64,000 bases of DNA from a bacterium (GTDB lineage Bacteria; Myxococcota_A; UBA9160; UBA6930), in contig JAAETT010000054.1 of NCBI GenBank assembly GCA_024228115.1, positions 12,793 through 76,792 on the forward strand, given 5' to 3'. Shown here in pieces: positions 1-9,133 of this stretch (positions within the stretch are counted from its first letter, which is position 1; each line of letters begins with the position of its first letter). The position numbers and the translations under genes were made by a program. Below the pieces are notes generated by a model. The model saw only the letters and a list, made by a program, of their open reading frames with translations. It made no database searches and was not told where the DNA came from.

Positions 1-537
1 GGCGAAGGGGCCCGTAGCGGGGGACGTCGCGTCGAGGTTCAAGGACATGTCGACGGTGGCCGAGACCTGCGCCGACGAGATACCTGGGATCAGCCGGATG
101 TCCGCCAACTGGCCTGTAGAGGTTCCTGTAATCGGATCGATGGTGAAACCCTGGACGTTGAAGCCTTCCTTGTCTACCAGGTAGCCCTCGTTGTCGAAGC
201 CGAACAAGCCAGCCCGGGTATAGCGACGACCACCAGCAGCATCATCCAGGATGAAGAATCCTGAGCCCTCGATCGCCATATCCGTCGGACGGTCGCTGGA
301 TTCGAAACTTCCCTGGCTATCCACGCGGATGATTCGCGCGACCCTTGCGCCGGAGCCGGTCTGCGAGAAACCGCCACCGGTTCCAATGGCCTGGCCGAGG
401 ATGTCGGAAAACTCGGCGCGGCGCTGCTTGAAGCCGGGCGTGTTGACGTTGGCGATGTTCTCACCGATCACGGAGATAGCCGTGGAGGTCGTCTCGAGAC
501 CGGTGACACTTGAAAACAGTGCGTTGGAAAGTGACAT
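1..537 (-). CDS. flgE: Flagellar hook protein FlgE, N-terminal part (gene continues past the left edge)
   Basis: Absent from the ORF track because it is open at the edge. Reverse-complement translation from ATG at 537 gives MSLSNALFSSVTGLETTSTAISVIGENIANVNTPGFKQRRAEF..., the conserved rod/hook N-terminal motif. It follows flgD as in most clusters. GAGGT lies about 11 nt upstream. Confidence 0.85.
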   Translation of the reverse strand, partial: MSLSNALFSSVTGLETTSTAISVIGENIANVNTPGFKQRRAEFSDILGQAIGTGGGFSQTGSGARVARIIRVDSQGSFESSDRPTDMAIEGSGFFILDDAAGGRRYTRAGLFGFDNEGYLVDKEGFNVQGFTIDPITGTSTGQLADIRLIPGISSAQVSATVDMSLNLDATSPATGPFA

Positions 538-673
538 GAAAATAGGACCTCAGCTGTAATGGGGGTTGGAATAGACGCCGTCGAACTCATCCGAGTGAAC
601 GGCTTCAGCGCTGCGCCGCTGTGCGGACACGGCTTCACGGAGAATCGAATGGAAAGGCGGTGCTGGAGAGAGC

Positions 674-689
674 CGCATCCAACGGGCCC
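674..689 (-). promoter_or_regulatory. Weak candidate sigma-54 promoter upstream of flgE (GGGCCC-N5-ATGCG)
   Basis: The minus strand reads GGGCCCGTTGGATGCG. GG-N10-GC spacing is correct, but the -12 element is ATGC rather than TTGC. It lies in the 215-nt flgD-flgE spacer. Confidence 0.25.
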
Positions 690-752
690 AACGGACCCGC
701 ATGCGGCCCAACCAGGTCGTCGTCCGGTGCTTCGAGAGGGTCGTCCGATGAC

Positions 753-1397
753 TCATTCCCGCACCTCCCGCACGTCGGCGAGGTTCGCCTCGGCGCGCCC
801 GAGGAAGAGCACGCCATCCTGGATGGCCGTGCCGGTCACGCGGCTCTCGACCAGCGGTCGGGCTGCCGCGCCCTCGAGCTGGTTGATGCGGACCGTGTAG
901 AGCCCCGGACCCGGCTGGCTGCTGAAGTCGTCCCAGTCGAGTTCGGTCATGCCGGCTTCCTGCAATCCGAGATCGTCGATGCGGGCGGCGACCACGCCCT
1001 TCTCATTGACGATCTCCACGCTGCGCACGTCGGCGGGCTCGGAGAGTTCGAAGGCCAGCTTCGGCTGCTGGTTCGGATCCGTGCCGATCTCGAACTGGCT
1101 GCCCTGCACGAGCACGTTCTTTCCTATCAGCCCCACGGCACCAAGGGTCTGTGCCTGAACCTGCACCGAGGCAAGCTCGTCGATCGCTTCGCGCATGCCG
1201 AGCAGCTGCTCGAGGCTCGAGAACTGAGCCAGCTGAGCCGTGAACTCGGTGCCCTCCTGGGGCTCCAGCGGATCCTGATTCTCCAACTGGGCGATCAGCA
1301 TGGTCAGAAAATCCTGCTGGCCGAGTTGGGGCTTCTCAGCGGCGGAGCCCGTGATGCTCGCCGCGGAGTTCTGTGTGATGACATCTGTAGAGATCAT
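753..1397 (-). CDS. flgD: Flagellar hook assembly/capping protein FlgD
   Basis: N-terminus ...LGQQDFLTMLIAQLENQDPLEPQEGTEFTAQLAQFSSLEQL is the FlgD signature. Located between fliK and flgE. Confidence 0.9.
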   Translation of the reverse strand: MISTDVITQNSAASITGSAAEKPQLGQQDFLTMLIAQLENQDPLEPQEGTEFTAQLAQFSSLEQLLGMREAIDELASVQVQAQTLGAVGLIGKNVLVQGSQFEIGTDPNQQPKLAFELSEPADVRSVEIVNEKGVVAARIDDLGLQEAGMTELDWDDFSSQPGPGLYTVRINQLEGAAARPLVESRVTGTAIQDGVLFLGRAEANLADVREVRE

Positions 1398-1409
1398 GAT
1401 GTTCCTTCC

Positions 1410-2786
1410 TCAGGCCAGGAGATCGATGGCGGTGTGCAAGTCGACGACGGGCGGAGGCATTGTGAGCGTCGAGCCCGGTTCGCTCCCGTCTTCCGATGCA
1501 AGCTCCTGCGAGCCTGATCGTTCGTCGCTTCCCTCGCGCTTCTCGCCGCCCGCCTTGGCCGAAGCGTCTTGCTGGGCTTGCGGGTTGGTTTGGGCGGGGC
1601 TGTCATCATTGGCTAGATCCGACTGAAGCCCCCGCACATCGAACTGGTCGATACGCAACTCGCGCATGCTGAGTGCGTCGACGAGGAGATCCCGGCTCTG
1701 GGCTGCCGCCATCTGGGCAGCGGGTTCCTGAGCGCGAATCACGATGTCGACGGCCGATCCGCGCACTTTCACCATGAGCTCGAGCTCTCCGAGTTCGGGC
1801 GGGTGCAAGGAGATGCGAGCGTTGCCGCCCTGGCGAGCCGCCAGCCACTCGACGTGAACGGGCAACACCTCCTCGGGTGCGCCAGCTCCGGGCAGCGGGG
1901 CGGCCGTGGAAGTCGTCGCCGGAGCGGTCGATGCCTGGGTGGTCTCGACGGGAGCGACTGGAACCGCGGAAGACTGCGAAGAAACCGGAGGAGCGGGAGC
2001 CGGTCGGGCCTCGTCTCGCGCTTCCAGGGCCGCCGCAAACTCGCTCCCTCTTGCCGTGGGCGGCAGCGTTTCACTTTCGACATCGGGCGCCTGACCGCGC
2101 AGAGCGGCATCCTGCGCGCCGCCGTCGGAGCCGGTCGTCATGCCGCCACCTGTCGCTCCGACCTGGAGATCGGGTGCGACCTGCGCGGCCTCGGGAAGGG
2201 CACGAGCCGACGATTCTGTAGCCGGCGGTTGCGCGACAGGCAGCTCGGCAACTGCAGCTTCAATGACTGCAGGCGTCGGGAGTTCGGCGACCGCAGGAGC
2301 CACCGCCGCTTCAGGAAGAGGCCGGATCGGGGCAGCTGAAGCCGCTTCAGATTTCTCTCCCGACAAGTTCTCTTGCAGATTCTCGCGGAGGCCTTCGCCA
2401 AGGTTCTCGATCAACGCCGCACTCCGTCCGGGTTGCTCGACTTCGGCATCCTGCAGGGCCGGTAGTGGAAGCTGGGCGCTCGAGTTCTGCACTCCCTCAT
2501 CAACCGGCAGCGGAATGTTCGGGTTGAGGCCCTGGGTCATCGGAAGGATGCGATTGTCCTGTGCCAGCTGAGTGGCGCCGACTTCCGCAGCCAGGCTCGC
2601 CAGGATCTGCCCTTCGCCTTCTTCGGCTCCGGTCTCTCCCGCGTCGCCCTGAAACTGATCTTCCTGAGTCGTTGCCTCGGCAAGCAACTCTTCGAATGCG
2701 GCTCCGTCGGCTGTCTGTTCATCGCTCTGCGATGCACCGGACGCGGGCAGTTCTGCCGGCTCGCTGATGATGGCCTGTACGTTCAT
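1410..2786 (-). CDS. fliK: Flagellar hook-length control protein FliK
   Basis: Long Pro/Ala/Gln-rich low-complexity centre. The C-terminal block (ARISLHPPELGELELMVKVRGSAVDIVIRAQEP...) is typical of the FliK C-terminal domain. Position is fliJ-fliK-flgD. Confidence 0.8.
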   Translation of the reverse strand: MNVQAIISEPAELPASGASQSDEQTADGAAFEELLAEATTQEDQFQGDAGETGAEEGEGQILASLAAEVGATQLAQDNRILPMTQGLNPNIPLPVDEGVQNSSAQLPLPALQDAEVEQPGRSAALIENLGEGLRENLQENLSGEKSEAASAAPIRPLPEAAVAPAVAELPTPAVIEAAVAELPVAQPPATESSARALPEAAQVAPDLQVGATGGGMTTGSDGGAQDAALRGQAPDVESETLPPTARGSEFAAALEARDEARPAPAPPVSSQSSAVPVAPVETTQASTAPATTSTAAPLPGAGAPEEVLPVHVEWLAARQGGNARISLHPPELGELELMVKVRGSAVDIVIRAQEPAAQMAAAQSRDLLVDALSMRELRIDQFDVRGLQSDLANDDSPAQTNPQAQQDASAKAGGEKREGSDERSGSQELASEDGSEPGSTLTMPPPVVDLHTAIDLLA

Positions 2787-2834
2787 GTCTTTCCCTTTTT
2801 CATCTTTGTCCCCGCTGGGTGGAGGGCTTCGCGG

Positions 2835-3794
2835 TCATTGGGTCGAGGGGTTTGCGGGTTCCATCGCCAACGGGTGTGCAACCCGGCGGCTCATGTCGAG
2901 TGCGCGCATTTCGGAAATCTGAGCCAGCACGGCGGCAGATTGTTTGTCTTTCATCTTCGAAACGATCTGTGTCGCGAGGCCGACCTCCAATTCCTCGAGC
3001 AACGATGCGGCTCGAGCGGGCTGGAGAGCGGCATAGATCTTCGCGAGCTTTCTCACGGCGTCGCCGTTGTCCGCTTCCCAGGCTGCGATGCGCTCCTCGA
3101 CGGTCCCCGCGAGTTCCTCCAGCTCTGTCAACTGCGCAGCGATCGCGCGCTCGAGTTCTTCGACGGCCTGCTCTCGCTCATCGAGCTCCTGCTCTCGCCG
3201 GTCGAGTACGGCCTGGCGGGCACGAATCTCCGCCAGGAGCGTGGTCACTCCGTAGTCTTGCTCTGCCGTCGTGGACGCCTTTGTCTCGCTTGCTGCCGCT
3301 TCGAACGGTGCGCCCCAGGGCACGGCCAGAATGAAAATGAACAGCCAGGCGCCGAGGCGACCTGTCGCGAAGCGGCGCAGACCGGCTTCGTCGAGACGAC
3401 GTTGTTCCTGTCGGGCCCGCTCCTGCTGCTCGCGCTGACGATGCAGGGCCTCGATGCGTTCGAGCGCCTTGACGCGTTGGCGTGCCTTCAACACCGCGTT
3501 CCGACAGATTTCGACTTCCTGCCGTGCCGTGCGGATCTCAGCGGCTGCGAAAAGCGTGTCATCGCCCAACTGAGCAATCCCGTTCGCCGCCTGACGCAAT
3601 TCACATGCGTCGAGCCCCCCTTGGAGACGATCCCGCAGGAAATCACGTTCACGATGCGCTCGAGCGCGAACCTCATCGGCAGCGCGAATCGCCCGAGCTT
3701 CCGCCCGTTCGGCTTGCGCCAGCTGATAGGCCGCCTGGTCGAGTTCGTGGCTACGAACACGCAGGACAGCGCCGAGCCGGAAACCACGTTTCAT
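2835..3794 (-). CDS. fliJ: FliJ-like export chaperone fused in frame to a YlxF/MotE-like (MgtE_N-type) module
   Basis: Residues 1 to about 145 are a FliJ-like coiled coil (MKRGFRLGAVLRVRSHELDQAAYQLAQAE...). A hydrophobic segment follows (LGAWLFIFILAVPWGAPFEAAAS), then a coiled coil, then ...VRKLAKIYAALQPARAASLLEELEVGLATQIVSKMKDKQSAAVLAQIS (MgtE-N/YlxF-like). The start overlaps the fliI stop (ATGA). No stop codon or canonical start codon occurs at the junction. Confidence 0.7.
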   Translation of the reverse strand: MKRGFRLGAVLRVRSHELDQAAYQLAQAERAEARAIRAADEVRARAHRERDFLRDRLQGGLDACELRQAANGIAQLGDDTLFAAAEIRTARQEVEICRNAVLKARQRVKALERIEALHRQREQQERARQEQRRLDEAGLRRFATGRLGAWLFIFILAVPWGAPFEAAASETKASTTAEQDYGVTTLLAEIRARQAVLDRREQELDEREQAVEELERAIAAQLTELEELAGTVEERIAAWEADNGDAVRKLAKIYAALQPARAASLLEELEVGLATQIVSKMKDKQSAAVLAQISEMRALDMSRRVAHPLAMEPANPSTQ

Positions 3795-5164
3795 ACGATG
3801 CCCTCCGGAACGGCCGGAAGCGCCGGCGCGGTCGCGAGTGCGTCCGCGAGGGCTCCGAAGCTCGTCTCCAGGTCCGCCGCCTCATCACGGCCCTGTTGGA
3901 GGAAGCGCAGTAGCGGATCGCGGAGCCTTCGGGCTTCGTCGATGGCCGGGTCGCTGCCCTCGGCGTAGGCACCGATCGAAATCAGATCTTCTGCATCCCG
4001 GTAGGTTGCGAGGAGCGCCCGGGCACGGGCGGCCTGGGCCACCACTTCGGGCGAGACGACATCAGGCATGACCCGCGAGACGCTGGCCAGGGAATCGATG
4101 GCGGGATAGTGCCCGCGTTCTGCGAGATCCCGAGACAAGACGACGTGCCCGTCCAACAGAGCCCGAGCCGAATCGGCAACCGGCTCCATCAGATCGTCAC
4201 CTTCGACGAGCACCGTGTAGATGGCCGTAATCGATCCACCGTTGGCGCCGGTTCCGGCGCGCTCGACGAGCTTGGGCAACTCGGCCCACACAGAGGGCGG
4301 ATAGCCGCGCGTTGCAGGGGGCTCGCCTGCACCCAGGCCGATTTCGCGGAGCGCGGTGCAATAGCGGGTGAGTGAATCGAAAAGAAGCAGTACGTGGCGG
4401 CCTTGATCCCGCAGCTCCTCGGCCAGGGCCGTTGCAAGGTTTGCGGCGCGCTTGCGTAGGAGCGGCGGCTCGTCGCTCGTCGCGACCACTACGGTGGAAT
4501 GCTCGAGGGCGCTCCCGAGATCGCGTTCGACGAATTCGCGCACTTCGCGCCCCCGCTCGCCGACCAGCCCGACGACCACGGCATCGGCGTGCGCCTGGCG
4601 TGCGATCTGGCCCAGGAGTGTCGACTTGCCGACCCCCGAACCGGCGAAGAGACCGATGCGCGCGCCCTGGCCAACCGTCAGCAAGGCGTTCAATGTCCTC
4701 ACGCCGAGATCCAGGGGCGTGTGGATTCGTTCGCGATCGAGCACGCGTTCCGGCCTTCGTACGAGACTTGCGCCGCCCCCCTGCGGCAGGGAATCGCCGC
4801 CGTCCAGCGGACGACCCAGGCCATCGATCACACGACCGAGGCAGCGAGCGGCCGGCGGTGCAGTGACCTTGCTGGCACGTAGCCGCAGGGGCGTTCCCGG
4901 GCGGACGCCGCTGGCGTCCGAGAGGGCCATCAGTACGGTGCGACCCTCACGAAAACCGACCACCTCTGCATCGAGCTTATGGCCTCGGACTGGTTCGAGC
5001 TCGCATAGCGAACCGATTCCGGCCGGCAGGCCAAGCGCTTCGATGGAAGGACCGACCACGCTTGTCACCCGACCCTGCAATTCGGCGCGCGAAGACGCCG
5101 CGAGACGCTCCCCACACGTGAGGAAGAACTCCTCATGAACATTCTGCGGCGCCGGGGCACTCAT
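3791..5164 (-). CDS. fliI: Flagellum-specific ATP synthase FliI
   Basis: Walker A GSGVGKSTLLGQIAR and Walker B-like LLLFDSLTRY. Full-length similarity in pattern to FliI/F1-beta ATPases. Confidence 0.97.
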   Translation of the reverse strand: MSAPAPQNVHEEFFLTCGERLAASSRAELQGRVTSVVGPSIEALGLPAGIGSLCELEPVRGHKLDAEVVGFREGRTVLMALSDASGVRPGTPLRLRASKVTAPPAARCLGRVIDGLGRPLDGGDSLPQGGGASLVRRPERVLDRERIHTPLDLGVRTLNALLTVGQGARIGLFAGSGVGKSTLLGQIARQAHADAVVVGLVGERGREVREFVERDLGSALEHSTVVVATSDEPPLLRKRAANLATALAEELRDQGRHVLLLFDSLTRYCTALREIGLGAGEPPATRGYPPSVWAELPKLVERAGTGANGGSITAIYTVLVEGDDLMEPVADSARALLDGHVVLSRDLAERGHYPAIDSLASVSRVMPDVVSPEVVAQAARARALLATYRDAEDLISIGAYAEGSDPAIDEARRLRDPLLRFLQQGRDEAADLETSFGALADALATAPALPAVPEGIV

Positions 5165-5790
5165 TGGCTTCCACCGTTCGTCGCCAGCAACTCTTCCCGA
5201 ATGCGTGCCAACGCCCGATCGAGCTCGATTTCGAGCAGGCTCTCACCGCCCTCGACGCGGGCCTGACCCGGAGCCAGCTCGTCGTCCGCAACCAGCGTCG
5301 CCCCCCAATCTCCTGCAAGCCGCTCCAGCGTCGGCGCGCCTCCCGCCCGCAGGATCTCGTAGTCGGCGGAGGAGAGATGCACCGTTGCTGGTGAATGGCC
5401 TTGCAACAGCTCGAGGGCGTCCGTGAGCTGCGCCGCCAGAGCGTCCGGATCAGCTTCGATTTCTCGAGCAAGCAGGTGGCCGGCGATGGCAAGTGCCAGA
5501 TCCACGATTGCCGTGCGCTGGCTGCGCAAGCCATCACGTTGGATCGCATCGAGCGATTCGGCTGCGGATGCCATCGCTTCCGTAGAACTGCGTAGCCGGT
5601 TCGCGTCGTCCCACGGCAACTCGGCACTTCCGGCCTGGCGGCCCTCCTCGAAAGCGGCTGCGAGTTGCTCCTCGAGCGAAGTGGCGACTGCCGCTTCCCT
5701 CGACGTGAAGCCGCCGCCCTCTCCGAAGAGCGGGTCCGCCTCGAAAGCCGTATGGCTTCCCGACGAATCGGCCTTAAACAAGGACGTCAT
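5161..5790 (-). CDS. fliH: Flagellar assembly protein FliH
   Basis: Size, acidic/Ala-rich helical composition and its position between fliG and fliI. Its stop overlaps the fliI start. Confidence 0.8.
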   Translation of the reverse strand: MTSLFKADSSGSHTAFEADPLFGEGGGFTSREAAVATSLEEQLAAAFEEGRQAGSAELPWDDANRLRSSTEAMASAAESLDAIQRDGLRSQRTAIVDLALAIAGHLLAREIEADPDALAAQLTDALELLQGHSPATVHLSSADYEILRAGGAPTLERLAGDWGATLVADDELAPGQARVEGGESLLEIELDRALARIREELLATNGGSQ

Positions 5791-6775
5791 CGGAGCCTCC
5801 GATTTCGATGGACAAGTGGCCTTCTGCCTCGAGGCGGCGAGCCACGTCCACGATCTGCTCCTGGACGGTTTCGACTTCAGCCAACTTCATGGGACCGAGC
5901 AGCTCGATCTCCTCCTTGATCTGGTCGACGGCGCGGGACGAGAGGTTCGAGAAGATCTTCTCTTGCATCTCCTCGGAAGCGGTCTTCATGGCGACGGCCA
6001 GATCTTCGGTCGATACCTCGCGAAGGAACGTCTGGAACCCGCGCTTGTCGATGTTCTGCAGGTCCTCGAACGTCAGCATGCGTTTGCGGATGTCGATTGC
6101 GACTTCCGCATCCCGCATGTCGACACCTTCGAGAATCGAAGTGCCTTCATCCTTCGGAACCCGATTCAGCATGTTGGCGGCAGCCTTCGTGCCACCCGTG
6201 CGAGTCGTCGAGACCTTCTGCCGCCGAAAGAGCTCCGCCACTCCGATCTCGAGATCGGTCATCACGTCGGTCGCAACGGGCTGCATGCTCGCCAGGCGCA
6301 GCACCACTTCGGGCTGGATCGCCTCGGGAAGCGTGTTGATCACCATGGCTCCCCGATCGGCGGGGATCTGGGAGAGAATCAACGCGATCGATTGCGGATG
6401 TTCGTCCTGGATGCGATCGCAGATGAACGTCGGATGGTAGGAGCGAAGCGTCCAATCGATGCGTTGCTCATCTTGTCCGAGCTTCTGCAGGATTCCGGTG
6501 GCGCGTCCGCCCTCGAGACCGTTTTCCACGATCGCGAGTGCCGTCTCCCGCCCGCCATTGATCGATGTGTCCTGTTGGCCGATCGATTCCTGGAACTCCC
6601 CCATGACGAGCTTTTGGATACGCGGGGCAATTTTTTCCATGCGCGAAACTGCGGACAGAGCCTTCTCCACCTCCTCATCCGAGAGCTGGGCGAGGTAGTC
6701 CGTCACTTTGTCTTTCGGCAACGAAAGGATCACGATGCCGACCTTTTCGGCGCCTGTAAGAGTCTCGAACTCCAC
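5774..6775 (-). CDS. fliG: Flagellar motor switch protein FliG
   Basis: LTGAEKVGIVILSLPKDKV..., ...MLTFEDLQNIDKRGFQTFLREVSTEDLAVAMKTASEEMQEKIFSNLSSRA... are typical FliG middle and C-terminal motifs. Confidence 0.95.
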   Translation of the reverse strand: MEFETLTGAEKVGIVILSLPKDKVTDYLAQLSDEEVEKALSAVSRMEKIAPRIQKLVMGEFQESIGQQDTSINGGRETALAIVENGLEGGRATGILQKLGQDEQRIDWTLRSYHPTFICDRIQDEHPQSIALILSQIPADRGAMVINTLPEAIQPEVVLRLASMQPVATDVMTDLEIGVAELFRRQKVSTTRTGGTKAAANMLNRVPKDEGTSILEGVDMRDAEVAIDIRKRMLTFEDLQNIDKRGFQTFLREVSTEDLAVAMKTASEEMQEKIFSNLSSRAVDQIKEEIELLGPMKLAEVETVQEQIVDVARRLEAEGHLSIEIGGSDDVLV

Positions 6776-6778
6776 TCG

Positions 6779-8338
6779 TTATTCCTGATTCAACCAGTTG
6801 CGAAGGGTCTGAACCCCTTCGTCCGTCTGAACTGCGGCAATCGGTCCTTGATCGATGGAACCCTCCGATAGCTGCCCAGCAGATGCTGGAGCGGCCAGCG
6901 CGGAGGCCTCGAAATCCGCCACCGTGGCCGGAAGCGGGGCAGGTGTCGCCGCCTCGATCGTGTCGAGCACCGGCCGTACGACCAGGCGCGCGAACAGGAG
7001 AAGCGCAAGCACGACAGCAACGACACGCACGACCGTCCCGATCAGGAAGAGGATCTGAGGTGTCAGGAGCCCATCCTCGGGAATCTCTCCCCCAGGCGTC
7101 CGGAAGGGAGCACTGCTGACGGTAATCTGGTCGCCTCGCTTCTCATCGAACCCCACAGCCTGCCGGGCCAGGCTCGTGAACAGCGCGATCGATTCGTCAT
7201 CCCAAGGCAAGGCGTCCCCGCCTGTTTCTTCCGGCAGCTTGTCTGCGATCAACACAGCGATCGAGAGGCGTTCGATCTCGCCCATCGGCTTCACCTGCCG
7301 GCTCACCTTCTTGTTGATTTCGAAGTTGATCGTCTCCGACGTGCGGTTGGAGCTTGCTTGCGAACCCCCACTGGACCCTTCGGCTCCCAGATTCGGCGTA
7401 TTCGATGCGATACCAGGGACGCCACCTTCGCTGGCGCCGCCTTCATTGGAAGTCTCGCTGCTTCGCTGCTCGCTTCGCGCGATCTGGGAATCGGGATCGA
7501 AGACCTCCTCGGTCATCTCGCGCTCGACGAAATCCATATCCGCCCGAACCCGGGCGATCACGCCACCGGGGCCGACTGTCTTGCTGAGAATCGCCTCGAT
7601 ACGATTGGCGAGATCCTTCTCTACCCGCTGTTGGTAGGCGGGAGCGCCCCCAGCCGGAAGTGCTCCTCCGGCCAGGTCTTCACCGTCTGCGGTGAGCAGA
7701 CGGCCACTGCCATCAACGATCGTCACATCCGAGGGGTCGAGGGATTCGACACTGGACGCCACGAGATGCACGATCGCACGGACCTGACCCGGCTCGAGCT
7801 GGCGGCCCGCGTGGAGCCGCGTGATCACGGCCGCACTGGGCTTTCTTTCAGCAGAAGCAAGCACGCTCTTGCGTTCGGGAATGACGACCTGCACCCGAGC
7901 TCGCTCCACAGGCTCGAGCTGCTCGATGCTGCGGGCTAACTCGCCTTGCATCGCCCGGGAGTAATTCACCCGATGCACGAAATCCGTAACACCGAAGGCC
8001 GGCTGATCAAAGAGCTCGAACCCCGCCGACCCACCATTCGGCAATCCCTTGCCAGCCGCCCGGATGCGCGCTTCGTAGACCATCGGCGCGGGGACGAGGA
8101 TGGTCGTGCCGCCTTCGCCGATCTTGTATTCGATGCGCTCCTCCCGGAGCAGCTCCGCCACCCGGGCGATCTCGCCCTCGGGAAGCCCGCGGTAGACAGC
8201 GCGATAATCCGGCGTTGCCGCGCCGTAGGCGATCCACAGGAGGAAACCCAGGGATCCGAACGCAGTTGCGCCCAACACGGCCTGCCGGCCGGACGGGAGT
8301 GCCCGGATTCCATCGATGAGATTTGTGAGCCAGTCCAT
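6779..8338 (-). CDS. fliF: Flagellar MS-ring protein FliF
   Basis: N-terminal TM segment, then ...YRAVYRGLPEGEIARVAELLREERIEYKI..., ...NYSRAMQGELARSIEQLEPVERARVQVVIPE..., and a C-terminal TM segment. Classic FliF layout. Confidence 0.95.
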   Translation of the reverse strand: MDWLTNLIDGIRALPSGRQAVLGATAFGSLGFLLWIAYGAATPDYRAVYRGLPEGEIARVAELLREERIEYKIGEGGTTILVPAPMVYEARIRAAGKGLPNGGSAGFELFDQPAFGVTDFVHRVNYSRAMQGELARSIEQLEPVERARVQVVIPERKSVLASAERKPSAAVITRLHAGRQLEPGQVRAIVHLVASSVESLDPSDVTIVDGSGRLLTADGEDLAGGALPAGGAPAYQQRVEKDLANRIEAILSKTVGPGGVIARVRADMDFVEREMTEEVFDPDSQIARSEQRSSETSNEGGASEGGVPGIASNTPNLGAEGSSGGSQASSNRTSETINFEINKKVSRQVKPMGEIERLSIAVLIADKLPEETGGDALPWDDESIALFTSLARQAVGFDEKRGDQITVSSAPFRTPGGEIPEDGLLTPQILFLIGTVVRVVAVVLALLLFARLVVRPVLDTIEAATPAPLPATVADFEASALAAPASAGQLSEGSIDQGPIAAVQTDEGVQTLRNWLNQE

Positions 8339-8353
8339 ATTGACCTTGGTTTC

Positions 8354-8659
8354 CTAGAGCTGGAGCCTCATGATCTGCTGATAGGATTCGAGCACGCGAT
8401 TTCGCATCGACACGACGTGACGAAGCGAAAGCTCGGCCTTGGAGAGAGCCATGACGGCCTCGACGATGTCACCCTTGCCTTCCGCGATTTGACGGGCCTG
8501 GGTCTCTGCCGCGGTCAATTCGCGATTGGCGTTCTCGAGCGCGGTCTTCATGTGGTCGGAGAACGGAACGGCTGTGCCGGTCGGTGTTGCCTTCGCGCTG
8601 AGCGGAGTTCCGAGCGGCGGAACCGTGAGCTGGGCGGCAGCGATGCGACTGGGGTCCAT
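8354..8659 (-). CDS. fliE: Flagellar hook-basal body complex protein FliE
   Basis: 101 aa. C-terminus ...DIVEAVMALSKAELSLRHVVSMRNRVLESYQQIMRLQL matches the FliE family pattern. Confidence 0.9.
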   Translation of the reverse strand: MDPSRIAAAQLTVPPLGTPLSAKATPTGTAVPFSDHMKTALENANRELTAAETQARQIAEGKGDIVEAVMALSKAELSLRHVVSMRNRVLESYQQIMRLQL

Positions 8660-8670
8660 GGATCGCCTTC

Positions 8671-9096
8671 CTATCCGCCGAGCTGCATGGCTGCACGGGC
8701 CATTTCACGGGCCTTTCGCAGAATCAGCAGGTTGGCCTGGTAGGAGCGGCTCGCCGACATCATGTTGGAGAGTTCCTCCACGACGTTCACGCGCGGTAGC
8801 GATACGAAACCCTCTGCGTTCGCGTCCGGATGTCCGGGGTCGAAGCGCGTAATGGCGGGTCGCTGGTCCACCGAGATCCGGGCGACGTCGACCTTGCGCA
8901 CCGCGCGGGAGAGGCGATCCGCGAAAGGCCCACCCACACCGCTCGTCTCGAAGACCGGATCCCGACGTCGATAGGGCCCGCCCTCCGCCGTGCGGGTCGT
9001 CTGAGCGTTGGCCAGGTTGGACGCGGTAGCCGCCATGCGCGCGCGCTGGGCAAGAAGGCCGGAAACGCCGATATCAACGATCTCGGAGAGCTTCAT
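8671..9096 (-). CDS. flgC: Flagellar basal-body rod protein FlgC
   Basis: ...VSGLLAQRARMAATASNLANAQTTRT... and C-terminal VNVVEELSNMMSASRSYQANLLIL are FlgC hallmarks. Confidence 0.95.
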   Translation of the reverse strand: MKLSEIVDIGVSGLLAQRARMAATASNLANAQTTRTAEGGPYRRRDPVFETSGVGGPFADRLSRAVRKVDVARISVDQRPAITRFDPGHPDANAEGFVSLPRVNVVEELSNMMSASRSYQANLLILRKAREMARAAMQLGG

Positions 9097-9133
9097 TCAC
9101 ATGCCTTCGTTGCGAGTTCCGGTTCGCGGGACA

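Noticed and set aside
2067-2085. CGTTTCA heptamers inside coding sequence (fliK at about 2068, the activator gene at about 44104, and a TGAAACG inside fliM at about 41814)
   Set aside because: They lack the second half-site at N3 spacing and are not near any sigma-54 element. Counted as background occurrences of the half-site, not as enhancer sites.
5467-5482. Intragenic sigma-54-like CGGCCACCTGCTTGCT inside fliH
   Set aside because: GG-N10-GC matches are expected by chance in GC-rich coding sequence. There is no enhancer-like motif nearby and no gene start downstream that needs a promoter.
5423-6871. 482-aa plus-strand ORF antisense to fliH/fliG. Many similar long antisense ORFs occur, e.g. 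621-1517, 11001-12269, 34973-36283, 38997-40010, 46027-46992, 47931-49139, 48830-50254, 52801-53331, 55924-56652.
   Set aside because: Each overlaps a gene with clear family motifs on the other strand and has junk-like Arg/Pro/Gly/His-rich composition. This is the expected shadow-ORF behaviour of a genome with very high third-position GC.
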